A stretch of DNA of 64,000 nt from a virus, in the IMG/VR virus record IMGVR_UViG_3300025626_002025. The stretch is one strand, 5' to 3'. Positions 36,790-47,093 of the stretch are shown here, one piece after another. Position 1 is the first letter of the stretch, and the number at the start of each line of letters is the position of its first letter. Under the pieces are notes generated by a model. It saw only the letters and a list, made by a program, of their open reading frames with translations. It was not told the origin of the DNA and ran no database searches. Position numbers and translations under genes: made by a program.

Positions 36790-39700
36790 TTAACCACAAT
36801 AGAGGTAACCATATACACCCACTGCTAATCCATTAGAATCAAATACAACATCCTCCATTGCTTTGGCAACAGTATAAGAACATTGTGATTGTCTTTCTTC
36901 GTACTGAGGATTACTATCTCCATCAAATGAAGTAATTACCCATTCAGATGGTTGTTTCATTAAATATCCTTCAGTATCAGAAGAACATAATAAATCACCC
37001 CTTGAAACATCTCCACCTTGGTTACATACTTTAAATCCTGGTAAATATGAAGTTGAACCCGAATCAAAACTATCCCCAACAGATGCAACTTTCCACATTG
37101 TTTTTGTATCTCTTTCATTTTCAGCAAACGTATCACCCAATGAGTCATATTCAGCCGAACCACTTTTTGGTTCTTTCCATAAGATACCAACAATCTCAGT
37201 ATCTTTAGCCGTAGTTGATTTTATTATTTGATTATTGGAATCCAACTTAACCAAATCACCAACATCTATACTTACATTATTTTGTTTTACATATTGGTGA
37301 CCGGATGTAAATTGCTGATTTATTGAAAGAATCTCATTGGCATTTGCAGTAGTTTTTGTTGTATTTGCTGAAATTAAACTGTTATACCCATCATAAGTTG
37401 CGAATCTTGTATTCAAACGAGTTGTACCAACTAATGCATTAGATTTTAATTTAATTTCTGTACTATCTAGTTCAAAAAGAGTACTCCATGCTTTTGTGTT
37501 AGTTCCATCACTTAACTTTGCCCCAGATTCAACAACACCTTTAAATGTTGCAGTACCAGCAGCCGATATTTTGAATTCAGGTGCTGAGATATATCCAGTT
37601 GAACCTAGTGTTAATGTACCATATGTATCATCTGCGGTTGTACCTCCTAATGTAGTTGAACCAATTCCCCATCCACCAACAGACCCAGCGGTTGCAGTAA
37701 TTCTATTTACATTTAATGTGGAAGTTCCAGCTGTCCAAGTAAGTGCTCCACTTGTACCACCAAGATAAAAGTTTCCACTACTATCCATGTAAGTTTTCCA
37801 ATTACTACCATCATTATATCCAAGTCTATTATTACCTAAATGTAAACCTGCACCTGTTCCTGCAGCTGATGTTGGTGTGAAGGTTGTTGGGTTTGGGTCT
37901 CCCGCTGACCAAGCAGCTGAGTTGTTTGATATTGTAGTGTTTGCGGTATTGGCCGCAGTTTGAGCGGCTGATGCCGAAGTTGCAGCATTTCCTGCTGCCG
38001 TACTAGCAAAGTTTTGAGCGTTTGTTTGAGCGGCGGATGCGGAAGCGGCGGCTCCTGCTCCAAAATCAACTTCAGATGTTGAACCTGCTGCAATTGTAAT
38101 AGCACCAGTCATTGATAAGTTACCATCTGAATTAAATGTTAATTTATCTCCAAGTGAAAATTGTCCATCACTATCAATATAAAGTTGAGTATTTGAGTTT
38201 CCAAAATCTGTTCCTGTTCCTACTTTAAATACAGTACTTGTTACAGATACAGGTCCGATGGTTGCTGAGTTCATTACAGCATCTCCACTCATGTTTACTC
38301 TAAAAGGAGCATCTCCAAATGTAGCATCACCTAATTGAATACCACTAGCACCAGCTTTAAATACATCATCACCAGAACCAATAGTTATTGAACCACCAAA
38401 TGTACCTGTTGCTGCTGATATATCACCATCAAACGAACCACCAGCTGCTGATAAAGTACCTGAGAATGAAGCATCACCATTACTTGTTATCTTAAATTCT
38501 TTAGCATGAATCGAACCAGAATCTAAATTAATTGCCATACCTGCTGCAGCATAACCAGTTGTATCTGAAATTCCATTGGTTGTACCAGAAGCTGAATCAT
38601 TCCAATTTGTAGATATAATCCTACCGGTTGAAATATTATCTCCATGGATTGCAGTTGTACCACTAGTTCCAAATGACAATGCATTTCCACTACCATTTGA
38701 AACCGAATCATCTGCGGTAAACGTTACTAAACCAGTAAATCCAATTGCTTGGTTAGCATCACCAAATGTTGGTGTACCTGTCCCACCTCCAGCAGTTGTT
38801 TCAACAACAGAATAGGTTGAGTACCAATATACATTATCATTACCACCCGAATATGTTGGTGCATCCAATCCCCAATCCGTTGTTAAACTAGTAAATGTAC
38901 CATTAGAAAAAGTATAAGAAGTTGCAGATGGCGTTGATGGTTGAGTTGAACCACTTTCTTGATAATGAACCATTCCAGTTGCAGTTCTTTTACCATCATT
39001 ACCGATAGCCCCATCATCACCTTGAACAGCAACACCCACATTAATTGTAATTGTTTTACCTGTAAGTGTAGTTCCTTCTGAATTCGTGTATGAAAGTGTT
39101 ACAACAGAAGTTGTACCATCACCATCACTTGGTGTATCAGGCGTAATCGTTTTATCATTATTATTTGTACCATTTGTTACACCAGTAATTCTAAATTTAT
39201 TTAAATCTATATCCCCACTACTATCATACTCATAATCCGAACCACCCTCATTTACAATAATTGTTACTGCAGATGGAGTACCAACTGTACTAAAATCAGA
39301 ATTTGAATCCACAGTTTGTGCTTGTGGATTTGCAGATATTATTGTAGTTGGTGTTGCTTTTTTAGATTTAGAAAGTGTAAATTTAATTGAAGTTGTACCA
39401 ATTGTACCCTCCGTATCTTTAAATGCTATTGAAGCAGTACCAGTTGCACTATCTCCACTAAAACCTGTAATATCAATAGTAGAACTAGATGGTGTTGTAT
39501 CTGAAACAGTTACACCAGTTACATTAGTAATTTTATATTGACCAGGACTAAGAGTTGCGTTTTGATTATATGTTAAAGCAGTATTACCATCAAACCCATC
39601 AATTGTTACATCTTGTATTGTACCAGTTAAAGTACCATCTGAATTAGCAGCAATTGTTTGAGCTGCAGGAGTAACTGAGAAATTTGTATTTGGTTGAGCT

Positions 39701-42700
39701 AATCTAACTCGTGATACCGTTGCTTCAATTGTTTTAGTACCAGTAGTTCCCTCACCATCTGTAAAGTTTACTGGTATTGATACAGTTCCTGTATCTGATG
39801 TCATATCTGATGCATCCGAAGAAAATGTAAATATTTCAGTTGAATTATCACCACTACCATCAAGTCCTCCAGTAAAGGCAATTGTACCAAATGATGTAAA
39901 TCTATTTGTACCACCTTCTCTTGCATCAATCCTTAATGAACTTGGTACATCCGAACCACTACCAACTGAATTTGCGTTGATTGTTTGTGCTTGAGGTGTT
40001 ACAAAAACTTCCACATTTGGAACGGCAGCAGTTGCTTTTGAAAAACTAAATTTAACTTGTTGTGTTCCTAGTGTTCCTTCAAAATCTTTAAAAGAAATTG
40101 AAGCTATACCTATTGCAGAATTTCCACTAAATGAAGTTACATCTATTGTAGATGTACTTGGAGTTGTATCTGCAACAGTTACACCAGTTACATCAGTTAT
40201 TTTAAATTCACCTGCACCAAGAGTTCCTTGATTATATGTTAACTCTGTATTACCATCTGCACCCTTTATAGTTATATCAGTAATATTACTATTTAAACTA
40301 CCCAATGAATCTGCATCTATTGTTTGTGCTTGTGGGTCTGCTTTAAAGTTTGAACTTGGTTGTGCCTTTCTTACTCGTGTAACAACCACCTGTACATCTT
40401 TTTGACCAAGTGTTCCTTCTCCATCTGTAAATTTTACAGGAATTAGAATAGTACCTGTATCATCAGTCATATCAGATGCAGTTGATGTAATAGATAATGT
40501 GTTTGAAGATATAGAACCCGTTAACCCATTACTAAATGTTGGAGTGTGTATTGAAGTAAATCTATCCGTACCTCCTTCAGTTGCTTTAACTAAAATATTT
40601 TGTGGAGTTGCTGAACCACTACCTAGTGAGTTAGCTTCTATTGTTTGTGCCAATGGTCTACCAGAAACTTCTACGTTTGGTTGACCAACTCTTGTTCTTG
40701 AAATAGTAGATACAATAGTTTTAGTACCTTGAGTACCTTCACTATCAGTAAAGATTACAGGTATTGTTATTGTTTCAGTATCCGATGTCATATCAGATGC
40801 AGAATCTGTAATCACAATGGTATTTGTAGATATAGAACCCGTTAATCCCCCACTATATGTTGGATTACCAATTGAACCAAATCGTGAAGTACCACCCTCG
40901 GTTGCACTTAATGTTAAGTTATTTGGTGTTGCTGAACCAGAACCTCTTGAGTTTCCAGCAATTGTTTGTGCAATAGGAGAAACAGCAAGTTCTATATTTG
41001 GTACAGAATTTTTAGCTTTAGTATAGGATACTATTTTTTGAAATGATTGAGATGTTGCATTATCACCTGCAAGATATTCAATATTTAATGTTAAAGAACC
41101 ACTATCCTTCGTGTTTGAAAACGCAGATATTCCATATGAATTTGAAGTTGGTGATGTACTGATAGGAGTTACATTAGTACCACTAACACTTGTTATATCA
41201 AATGTATTTTTTGCTCTACCATCTCCTACATCATCATGTGTTATTTGTGAAGAACCAATATTCATTTGAACAGTTCCTACCGATGATGCCAATCCACCAA
41301 TTACAACACCAGTTGATTTTGCTGGAAATGTTGTGGATTCGTTTGATAGTACAAGTGAAACTGCATCAAAGTTAATTACTTTAGATAATGTGATTTCATC
41401 CGATTGTTTATTACCGAAAACATCAGAACCTGTAAATGAATATGTTACCTCATCAAAGTTATTTGATGCAAATGAGGCAGAGAACTGATTAGATGTTATA
41501 CTATATGAATCAATACCATTTACAGTTTCTACAAAATTAAGTGGTGGTCTATTACTTCCACTATTTACTTCAATTGGTGTTATCAATGAAGCTAAGTTTT
41601 TTCTTTGTGCTCTTACAGTTATACTTTGTCCACTTGGTTTTGAAGAAAGAGTTGTTGGTTCATATGTAAATTGATTTGCATTAGAAGTTACAATAAGTTG
41701 AGGTGCATTATCACCATCTTCTAATCTATATACAGTTTCGAATTCTTGTTCACTTTCCAAAGAAGCAGTATAAACAACAGAACCTACAAATGGTTCATAT
41801 AATCCATCTGTTCTTGAACCAGTAAAGTTGTTAATAGTAATAATACCACCTGCAGGATTTACACTTGTTAGTAAACCTGGATATTGTGTATAATCACTAG
41901 GATTTAAATAGTTACCATCCGTATCAAATGCAGATGATTCAAATAAAGTAGAACCTGTTAAGTTGTTCTGTGTTAGTTTAAATTGTATTTGTTGTCCTTT
42001 TGGATTTTGTACTGAACCACTTGAGAATCTAAATGCGTTTCTATCAGATTCAAATGTTAGTAACTTAGCACTCGTTGGAAAGTCATTACCACCATCAAAT
42101 ACACCAACTGCTAATACATCAACAGGTATGTAATTATTATTTATATCATAAAACTCAAATTTAAAATCAAAAGTTTCTGATATTGTTTTTCTTGGTATAT
42201 CTTGTATTAAAGTAAACTCATCTGGTGAAAATGATGTATCTTGTGCATTTCTTAAAGATGCATTTGAAATATACCAATCATCTCCTTGTACTTCAAATAC
42301 TAATTTTGCATCACCTGTATTTTCTGATATTATATTTTGAGATACCGATTGTCTTGCTCTATAAATTGCAGAACCATCGATTGTTAAAAAGTTTTGTGTA
42401 AAATTAGATGAACTAAAATATGCAGTAATACTCTTATCGGTATCATCGAGAGCCCCACTTAATATTGTTTTAAAGTTAAGTGTATATTCTACATCTTTAG
42501 ATACTGAAAGTGATTGTGATGTTATTAATTTTTGAACTCCACCAGCAGTAGTATTATAATCGAATTTTAATGCTTGAGATAATGTATCTGAATCTACACT
42601 TACTACATGGTCGTTTGAAGAAGTAATCCAATAATTTGAAAGGTTACTTTCATCAAATCTACCATATGATAATTCAGTATCAGAGTTTGTTGTAATATCT

Positions 42701-43692
42701 CTAAGTAATTCGGATGATTCTAATTTTGATTCTTGAACGAATTGGAAATCACCAACTGCATTTCTTGATTTTCTAAATACCTTAACACGAGCAACATCAC
42801 CCACAAAAGTTTTAAGTTTTGAAAAATCAATTTTTGCAAAAGAACCAGTTAATGAAGTTTCTCCAATTACTTGATTTTGAAAATCAGTATAACTTACAGA
42901 ATAAGAACCAGATTCAAACTCTTCTACGATGTTATTTACAGTATATGGTACATCAACAAGAACTTGTTTAGAATTTAATACTTCTATAATTCTAGGAGAA
43001 TAGTTTAAACCGGCAAGATTAATTACATTTTCATCTACATCAACATCCCAAGAACCACTTGTTCTTTCTAAACCATATGATACTCCAGCTCTCCATGTAG
43101 ATAAATCAGAACCAACATCTGGTACTAGTGCAAATCCATGTACATGACCAGTTTCAGTTACGGTTGGAATACTTTTTGAAAATATAGGTTTTATTAACTC
43201 TGTAATTTCAACAGTAGGTCTTTTATAGAATCTTACAATACTTTCGTTTGATAGATTTTTGTTTACTTGAAATGTTTTTTCCCACTTAACATTATAAACA
43301 CCCTTCCATTCATTTGGTACATCTACTAGAGCTCCAAAAGAATCTCTATATTTTTTTAATTCACCAAGTATGGTTATTTTTCCTGCTCCAATTGGGGTAT
43401 CATCATAGATATGAACTGATATTAATTTAGATGTACCTTCATAATATTCTGGTACACCATTACCAGGTTCAAAGTATATAGGATTTCCTTCTACATCGAG
43501 TAACTCTATTTTAACGTCAGAACTTTCTTTTAATTCAGGACAACCTTCTATAAGAAATCCATTTTTTCCACCTGTTAATGTTTCCCTAAGTTCAGTAATT
43601 TTGAAATATTCCGAATTTGGGTTATCATCATTAACAAATGTTGAAAAATTAGTAAGATTTTGAAAAGGTGAGAATTTTTTAATAATTGCCAT
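36790..43692 (-). CDS. Long tail fibre/tail protein with tandem ~100-aa beta-sandwich repeats and C-terminal intramolecular-chaperone (peptidase G2-like) domain
   Basis: S/T/G-rich 2300 aa; repeats P...P.AQTI.ANS.G; Ala-rich coiled coil; C-terminal VGDLV...IVGI...VASVG...KVC..GG.V.RGDLLCSS...GY. Confidence 0.82.
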   Translation of the reverse strand: MAIIKKFSPFQNLTNFSTFVNDDNPNSEYFKITELRETLTGGKNGFLIEGCPELKESSDVKIELLDVEGNPIYFEPGNGVPEYYEGTSKLISVHIYDDTPIGAGKITILGELKKYRDSFGALVDVPNEWKGVYNVKWEKTFQVNKNLSNESIVRFYKRPTVEITELIKPIFSKSIPTVTETGHVHGFALVPDVGSDLSTWRAGVSYGLERTSGSWDVDVDENVINLAGLNYSPRIIEVLNSKQVLVDVPYTVNNIVEEFESGSYSVSYTDFQNQVIGETSLTGSFAKIDFSKLKTFVGDVARVKVFRKSRNAVGDFQFVQESKLESSELLRDITTNSDTELSYGRFDESNLSNYWITSSNDHVVSVDSDTLSQALKFDYNTTAGGVQKLITSQSLSVSKDVEYTLNFKTILSGALDDTDKSITAYFSSSNFTQNFLTIDGSAIYRARQSVSQNIISENTGDAKLVFEVQGDDWYISNASLRNAQDTSFSPDEFTLIQDIPRKTISETFDFKFEFYDINNNYIPVDVLAVGVFDGGNDFPTSAKLLTFESDRNAFRFSSGSVQNPKGQQIQFKLTQNNLTGSTLFESSAFDTDGNYLNPSDYTQYPGLLTSVNPAGGIITINNFTGSRTDGLYEPFVGSVVYTASLESEQEFETVYRLEDGDNAPQLIVTSNANQFTYEPTTLSSKPSGQSITVRAQRKNLASLITPIEVNSGSNRPPLNFVETVNGIDSYSITSNQFSASFASNNFDEVTYSFTGSDVFGNKQSDEITLSKVINFDAVSLVLSNESTTFPAKSTGVVIGGLASSVGTVQMNIGSSQITHDDVGDGRAKNTFDITSVSGTNVTPISTSPTSNSYGISAFSNTKDSGSLTLNIEYLAGDNATSQSFQKIVSYTKAKNSVPNIELAVSPIAQTIAGNSRGSGSATPNNLTLSATEGGTSRFGSIGNPTYSGGLTGSISTNTIVITDSASDMTSDTETITIPVIFTDSEGTQGTKTIVSTISRTRVGQPNVEVSGRPLAQTIEANSLGSGSATPQNILVKATEGGTDRFTSIHTPTFSNGLTGSISSNTLSITSTASDMTDDTGTILIPVKFTDGEGTLGQKDVQVVVTRVRKAQPSSNFKADPQAQTIDADSLGSLNSNITDITIKGADGNTELTYNQGTLGAGEFKITDVTGVTVADTTPSTSTIDVTSFSGNSAIGIASISFKDFEGTLGTQQVKFSFSKATAAVPNVEVFVTPQAQTINANSVGSGSDVPSSLRIDAREGGTNRFTSFGTIAFTGGLDGSGDNSTEIFTFSSDASDMTSDTGTVSIPVNFTDGEGTTGTKTIEATVSRVRLAQPNTNFSVTPAAQTIAANSDGTLTGTIQDVTIDGFDGNTALTYNQNATLSPGQYKITNVTGVTVSDTTPSSSTIDITGFSGDSATGTASIAFKDTEGTIGTTSIKFTLSKSKKATPTTIISANPQAQTVDSNSDFSTVGTPSAVTIIVNEGGSDYEYDSSGDIDLNKFRITGVTNGTNNNDKTITPDTPSDGDGTTSVVTLSYTNSEGTTLTGKTITINVGVAVQGDDGAIGNDGKRTATGMVHYQESGSTQPSTPSATSYTFSNGTFTSLTTDWGLDAPTYSGGNDNVYWYSTYSVVETTAGGGTGTPTFGDANQAIGFTGLVTFTADDSVSNGSGNALSFGTSGTTAIHGDNISTGRIISTNWNDSASGTTNGISDTTGYAAAGMAINLDSGSIHAKEFKITSNGDASFSGTLSAAGGSFDGDISAATGTFGGSITIGSGDDVFKAGASGIQLGDATFGDAPFRVNMSGDAVMNSATIGPVSVTSTVFKVGTGTDFGNSNTQLYIDSDGQFSLGDKLTFNSDGNLSMTGAITIAAGSTSEVDFGAGAAASASAAQTNAQNFASTAAGNAATSASAAQTAANTANTTISNNSAAWSAGDPNPTTFTPTSAAGTGAGLHLGNNRLGYNDGSNWKTYMDSSGNFYLGGTSGALTWTAGTSTLNVNRITATAGSVGGWGIGSTTLGGTTADDTYGTLTLGSTGYISAPEFKISAAGTATFKGVVESGAKLSDGTNTKAWSTLFELDSTEIKLKSNALVGTTRLNTRFATYDGYNSLISANTTKTTANANEILSINQQFTSGHQYVKQNNVSIDVGDLVKLDSNNQIIKSTTAKDTEIVGILWKEPKSGSAEYDSLGDTFAENERDTKTMWKVASVGDSFDSGSTSYLPGFKVCNQGGDVSRGDLLCSSDTEGYLMKQPSEWVITSFDGDSNPQYEERQSQCSYTVAKAMEDVVFDSNGLAVGVYGYLYCG
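39030..41010 (-). repeat. Six tandem ~100-aa protein repeats within the tail fibre
   Basis: Units start PNIELAVSPIAQTI, PNVEVSGRPLAQTI, PSSNFKADPQAQTI, PNVEVFVTPQAQTI, PNTNFSVTPAAQTI and PTTIISANPQAQTV, each ending with an F/Y.[DN].EGT motif. Confidence 0.85.
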
Positions 43693-43715
43693 ATATAATT
43701 TCCTATTATTCTTAC

Positions 43716-43724
43716 TATAAATAT
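43716..43724 (-). promoter_or_regulatory. Putative late promoter motif ATATTTATA
   Basis: 23 nt upstream of the tail fibre ATG 43692. Confidence 0.65.
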
Positions 43725-43771
43725 ATTTAAATTATATTTACTAATATATATTCAATAGAAATCTATACACT

Positions 43772-43945
43772 ATGGGAAAATACACTACAATACAAGTAAA
43801 ACGAGAACTATATAAGGAATTACATAATTACTGTTGTGAGAATGGTTATTCTAAAAGTGGGTTAATTGAAAGATTAATAAAACAAAGAATCAATCAACCC
43901 AATCAACCAAAGCCTACAAATGCCTTAAGAGTTTCTAAAACTTAA
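43772..43945 (+). CDS. Ribbon-helix-helix DNA-binding protein (57 aa, below ORF-track cutoff)
   Basis: MGKYTTIQVKRELYKELHNYCCENGYSKSGLIERLIKQRI...: alternating beta-strand, helix, G-x-S-x-S turn, helix. Divergent from the tail fibre gene and convergent with sbcDC. Confidence 0.75.
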   Translation: MGKYTTIQVKRELYKELHNYCCENGYSKSGLIERLIKQRINQPNQPKPTNALRVSKT

Positions 43946-46900
43946 CGTTTGAGAATCCTTTTTCTTTTTTAATTGTAATCAAGTCATCTACTACATCTCT
44001 CATAGAATCTATGTGTGAGATAATCATTACGAAATCAAATTGAGTTTTAAGGTATGTAAACAACATAAATAAAGATTGTAAGTTCTCACTATCTAAAGTA
44101 CCAAATCCTTCATCTATAACGAGGAAATTAGGTCTAGGAAGGTTACATACATTTATAAGTGCAACTCGAATTGCCAATCCACTAATAAATCTTTCCATTC
44201 CACTACACATTTCTAAACTCCATCTCTGGTCTCCATACACTAAATACGCATTAATGTTTTTACCATCCATTTCAAGTTGCATTCCAAATTCAACGATTTG
44301 AGCCAAGATATTGTTTACCTCACCTTCAATCATTGGTAATGCCTTTTCAATTAATTCATAAGAAACACCATCTTTAGAAAGAGCATTTAAGTAGAAATCA
44401 AATAACCTACTCTGAGTTTCCATTTCTTTAACCTCGTTGATTCTATCTTCAATAGTTTCCTTTTGGTTCTGTAATGCCGATACTTTACCATTTAATTTAA
44501 GAACTTCTGTATTTACTTTTCTTAAATCATCTTTAGTAACATTCAGTTTTTCTCTAACCGATTGTATTTCAGTTCGTATCTCTTTATTCTTTATAATCTG
44601 CTTTTCATTCTTATAATATTCCTTTATAAGTTGGTCCTGTTGACTAATTTGTTGTTTATTTCGTAATTCTTCAGTTTCAATTGTTGATAACTTGTTGATA
44701 AGTTGTGATATCTCTCTATCAATTTTATCTTCTTTATCTTTTGCATCTAAATAGTTATTCCACTCATCAGCATATCCTTTTAAAGAATCAATCACCAACA
44801 TCAATTGCAATCGTGTCTTATCATTATCTGTAAATAACTCTTGATAATGAGATATATCGGCTTCTACCTTTTCTTTTTGTTGTAGAATAGTTTCAGAGTT
44901 TTCCATACAAATATCACACTCTTCATTATATTTGTGTTTATCTAAGTGGTCTTTTCTTTCATATAAAGAATCTTTTTTAATATTGATTTTATCAATTGTA
45001 GATTCAATATCTCTTAGTTTATCCTTCGAATCTTTTAATTTACCAATACCATCTTCTAATTCTTCTTCATCAAATTTATCAACGATTTCATCTAAAGTGA
45101 TTTGTAATTCTTCTCTATGGGTAATTCTATCTTGTGTAGATTTTTTATCCGATTCAATTGTATCTCGTTTGGTTTTGAGTAATTTAAATCTTTTTTCAAG
45201 TTCTTCAATAGCTACACCACTATCTGCGTTTAATTTTACAACCTTCTCATTTAGAGATATAATCTTTTTATTTAAAACATCTTCCTCATCTTTAAGAGAT
45301 TTTTGATTCATCTCATAAAGTTTATACTCGTTTTTATTTGATTTTAAATCAGTGTCGATTCCCGCTAATTTTGTGGTAAAATCATCACTCTTAAATTTTC
45401 TGATAAGTGTTGCATTATCTCGGTTCTCATCAGATGCTTTCTGATGGAGTTTATCAAAGATGTTGACTCCAATAAATTGGGAAAGTATTTCTTTTCTTTC
45501 ACTTTGTGATTTATCTATAAAGAGTGCATTGTTTCCTTGTAAGGATAGTGCAGTTAGAACAAAATCTTCGAATTTACCCAAATACTTCTCTATCTCCTTA
45601 TTAGTATCTTTTCGTTGTTCACCATTAAGTGATTCAATAACTCCGTTGTTATCTCTCCAAAAATCTACATCTACTTTTACCGATGTTGCTTTTCTAACAT
45701 ATTTGGCTCTTCTTTCAATATAGTAATTGATACCATCTATCTCGAAGTTAAACTTACAATAGAAGTTTGTCTTACGATTATTAATGATGTTTTTAGAGAT
45801 GTTTGTACGAGAAGTCTTATCGTAGATACAAAAAGATAATGCATCGAAGAGAGAGGATTTACCAGAGGCATTTGGAGCAAAGATACCAACGATACCTTGA
45901 GCTTTATCAAACCTTACTTTATTATCCTCACCATAAGAGAACATATTAGAAAACTGAAACTCTTTAGGTGTCCATAAAATATTACCCATCATATCTGATT
46001 CATCAATATGTGAATTCAATTCTGAGTTTATTTCTGCTATCTTATCTAATTCATCATCTTCTAAAAGATATTGTCTTTCTAAGTAATCTCTAATGAGTTG
46101 GTTTTGGAATGTTTCATTCTTAACATCACCAACAATATTTTTGTTTACCTTTTGATTTGTTTTTAATTGTCCGATTGTATCGGTTCTTGTTACAGTAACT
46201 TCAGCAACTTTGAATAACTTCTTTAATTCAGTTATTCTTCTTTTCATATCAGAAGCTTCTGTCTTTGTAAACCTTAATCTCAATCGTGGATACCTTGGTA
46301 GTTTAGTATCAATTTCATCATATACCCATTGAGGTATCTTACCATTAACCACATCAACTGTAAGAAATCCATAATCATTATGTAAGTGATGTTCTGTGAA
46401 AGTTCTTGTAGGAATATCCCAAAGTAAGTAACCATGATTTTCTAGCAACTCCCCATGATTCTGTTGAACCATAGAACCAGCATAAGCAATATGTTCGTAA
46501 CCTTCTCCGAAAGTTTGTCGTTTGTGGATATCACCCAACATAGCCATATCGAATCCATCGAACATATCCACTTGGAATGAGTTAGAGGAAACGGTATAGC
46601 CAATATCTGTTTGAGCTTTGTTTACTGGTCCATGAAAAAGGCAGATTGTATTTTCTCCATCAACGGTATTTCCTTTAGGCCAATTTTCCTTGTTATCCAA
46701 TATAGAATAAACAACAAAAGTAAGATTGTGAATAGGGTAAACACCAGTATCACGAAGATAATGAATTCTATCATTTCCAAGATTTTCGATAATAGGTGTG
46801 AGTACATCAAGTCTGTGGGAATTATTTAAATTACAATCGTGGTTACCTGTGATTAACACAGTTTCTCTTAACTTCGCACACTCGGTGAGAAACCAAGATA

Positions 46901-47093
46901 TTTCGTGTACGAGTTCAGGTGACATCTCTGTTTTAGCATGAGCAATATCACCGGCAATATAAATGAGGGAATCCTCAATTTTATCTTCTTTAACTTTTTT
47001 TAGGAATTTTTTGAATACTATTCTATATTCTTTGTGCCTTTGGAGATTTCTAATGTGTAAATCTGCAAGGTGGTAAACCTTATTTATTATCAT
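43935..47093 (-). CDS. Fused Mre11/SbcD nuclease - Rad50/SbcC ATPase (T4 gp47-gp46-like)
   Basis: ADLHI, GDIAH, GNHD, GDIH phosphoesterase motifs; Walker A APNASGKSS; coiled coil with CDIC zinc hook; signature CSGMERF; Walker B VIDEGFGTLD; ISH. Confidence 0.95.
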   Translation of the reverse strand: MIINKVYHLADLHIRNLQRHKEYRIVFKKFLKKVKEDKIEDSLIYIAGDIAHAKTEMSPELVHEISWFLTECAKLRETVLITGNHDCNLNNSHRLDVLTPIIENLGNDRIHYLRDTGVYPIHNLTFVVYSILDNKENWPKGNTVDGENTICLFHGPVNKAQTDIGYTVSSNSFQVDMFDGFDMAMLGDIHKRQTFGEGYEHIAYAGSMVQQNHGELLENHGYLLWDIPTRTFTEHHLHNDYGFLTVDVVNGKIPQWVYDEIDTKLPRYPRLRLRFTKTEASDMKRRITELKKLFKVAEVTVTRTDTIGQLKTNQKVNKNIVGDVKNETFQNQLIRDYLERQYLLEDDELDKIAEINSELNSHIDESDMMGNILWTPKEFQFSNMFSYGEDNKVRFDKAQGIVGIFAPNASGKSSLFDALSFCIYDKTSRTNISKNIINNRKTNFYCKFNFEIDGINYYIERRAKYVRKATSVKVDVDFWRDNNGVIESLNGEQRKDTNKEIEKYLGKFEDFVLTALSLQGNNALFIDKSQSERKEILSQFIGVNIFDKLHQKASDENRDNATLIRKFKSDDFTTKLAGIDTDLKSNKNEYKLYEMNQKSLKDEEDVLNKKIISLNEKVVKLNADSGVAIEELEKRFKLLKTKRDTIESDKKSTQDRITHREELQITLDEIVDKFDEEELEDGIGKLKDSKDKLRDIESTIDKINIKKDSLYERKDHLDKHKYNEECDICMENSETILQQKEKVEADISHYQELFTDNDKTRLQLMLVIDSLKGYADEWNNYLDAKDKEDKIDREISQLINKLSTIETEELRNKQQISQQDQLIKEYYKNEKQIIKNKEIRTEIQSVREKLNVTKDDLRKVNTEVLKLNGKVSALQNQKETIEDRINEVKEMETQSRLFDFYLNALSKDGVSYELIEKALPMIEGEVNNILAQIVEFGMQLEMDGKNINAYLVYGDQRWSLEMCSGMERFISGLAIRVALINVCNLPRPNFLVIDEGFGTLDSENLQSLFMLFTYLKTQFDFVMIISHIDSMRDVVDDLITIKKEKGFSNVKF

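Noticed and set aside
37920-38060. GC-richer patch in the tail fibre as a foreign insert or RNA structure
   Set aside because: Explained by an in-frame Ala-rich coiled-coil segment (GCN codons).
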